DNA from: Octopus bimaculoides
Lineage: Eukaryota
Assembly: GCF_001194135.2 (NCBI RefSeq)
Contig: NC_068983.1
Coordinates: forward strand, 133,390,816-133,426,763
DNA: 35,948 nucleotides
Reading direction: 5' to 3'
This document shows positions 34,970 through 35,948 of the stretch, one piece after another; positions within the stretch are counted from its first letter, which is position 1; each line of letters begins with the position of its first letter. The translations under genes were made by a program, and so were the position numbers. Below the pieces are notes generated by a model. The model was not told the DNA's origin and did no database searches. It saw only the letters and a program-made list of their open reading frames with translations.

Positions 34970-35269
34970 GCATAAATGTATATACATACGCACAACTCTA
35001 TACTGAGGGGTACTGTATATGTAAGGTTGCATGTGTGTGTAAGTATGTGTGTGTTGTACGGATGTATGTATGTATGTATGCATGTATGTATGTATGTATG
35101 TATAAGTGTATGTGTCCAAAGCTAAGTAAATGGCGAAACTAGATAGCAGACGAAGAGGTTGAGAATCAGAGAACAGAGAAATGTTTCGACCTATCGAACA
35201 GATGCCTTCATGGTTTACACAGTAAATGTCAAACATTTGAGTGGTTCACTTGTAGCAGACCTCATAGAT

Positions 35270-35359
<90 letters not shown>

Positions 35360-35544
35360 GCATGCATGTGTGCGTTAGTGTGTCTGCTGAGTTTTTGTGA
35401 TGAATGTATGCGACTATGTGTATGTATGTGTTATTGTAAGTATGTATATATGTGTTGGAAGACAGATAACATTTCATAGATATACAGACATATAGTTCAT
35501 ATAACTGGATAGCAAGACAGACAAACACAGAGGCAGACAGAGTG

Positions 35545-35626
<82 letters not shown>

Positions 35627-35948
35627 CATTTATTTTATTAGCCACACAGGGCTCAACGAAGATGGGACAAATACAATGTAGAGCTTTTCTTTTTGGGAGG
35701 GGGAAGGGAAAAAAAGAGGTGTGTGTCGATCAAAAGGGATCGTAGGAACGGAAAAAGGGGGAGTTCGATCAAAAGGGATCGAGAGGAAAAAAAAAAAGAA
35801 GGATCAATAGGGATTGTATATCACACAGTAATGTTCTCGTGTAAAAAGAGGGGAGGACAGTTTAGGTTTAGCCGTGGAAAGAAAAGCCTACGGAAAAGAC
35901 CACGGTAACCTTGGTCAATATTCTCATTGAAGAAACTATAACAGTAAG
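35627..35948 (-). mobile_element. Probable LINE 3' UTR (L1/Tx1-like), running off the window
   Basis: Minus strand is pyrimidine-rich and ends gtgtggctAATAAAataaaat before a (TATC)n tract. The clade assignment comes from recall only. Confidence 0.4.

Noticed and set aside
35180-35215. HHR-like motif on the minus strand (CCATGA...GGTCGAAACAT)
   Set aside because: The CTGA box is destroyed and the stems do not pair; at best it is an unrecognisable relic.
3829-35948. Apparent minus-strand bias of retroelements implying a host intron
   Set aside because: At least eight copies lie on the plus strand, and the sample is too small and clustered to infer a host transcript.

Overview
AT-rich, microsatellite-dense eukaryotic DNA with many N-gaps. 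The SINE families resemble those of Octopus, so a cephalopod source is likely (inference from recognised repeats, no search run). I find no supportable host protein-coding gene, rRNA or true tRNA; almost all long ORFs in the track are artefacts of N-runs or simple repeats. The window is a graveyard of mobile elements: three Penelope-like element (PLE) coding fragments (one RT C-terminal fragment, two GIY-YIG fragments), one mariner DD34D fragment with one TIR, two R4/Dong-type RLE LINE tails, one 5'-truncated RTE LINE ending in three C2H2-like fingers, at least four SINE-like families, and a non-coding ~450-bp element that sits in (AAT)n tracts. The most interesting signal is a recurring set of minimal hammerhead-ribozyme (HHR) motifs: one structurally complete (6726-6772), three in an 83-bp head-to-head/tandem array homologous to a PLE 3' end (152-547 vs 20004-20162), and two at the apex of long foldback structures (2961-3115, 17457-17829). 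PLE-associated HHRs are known; a foldback with an HHR at its tip is the candidate for something less familiar.
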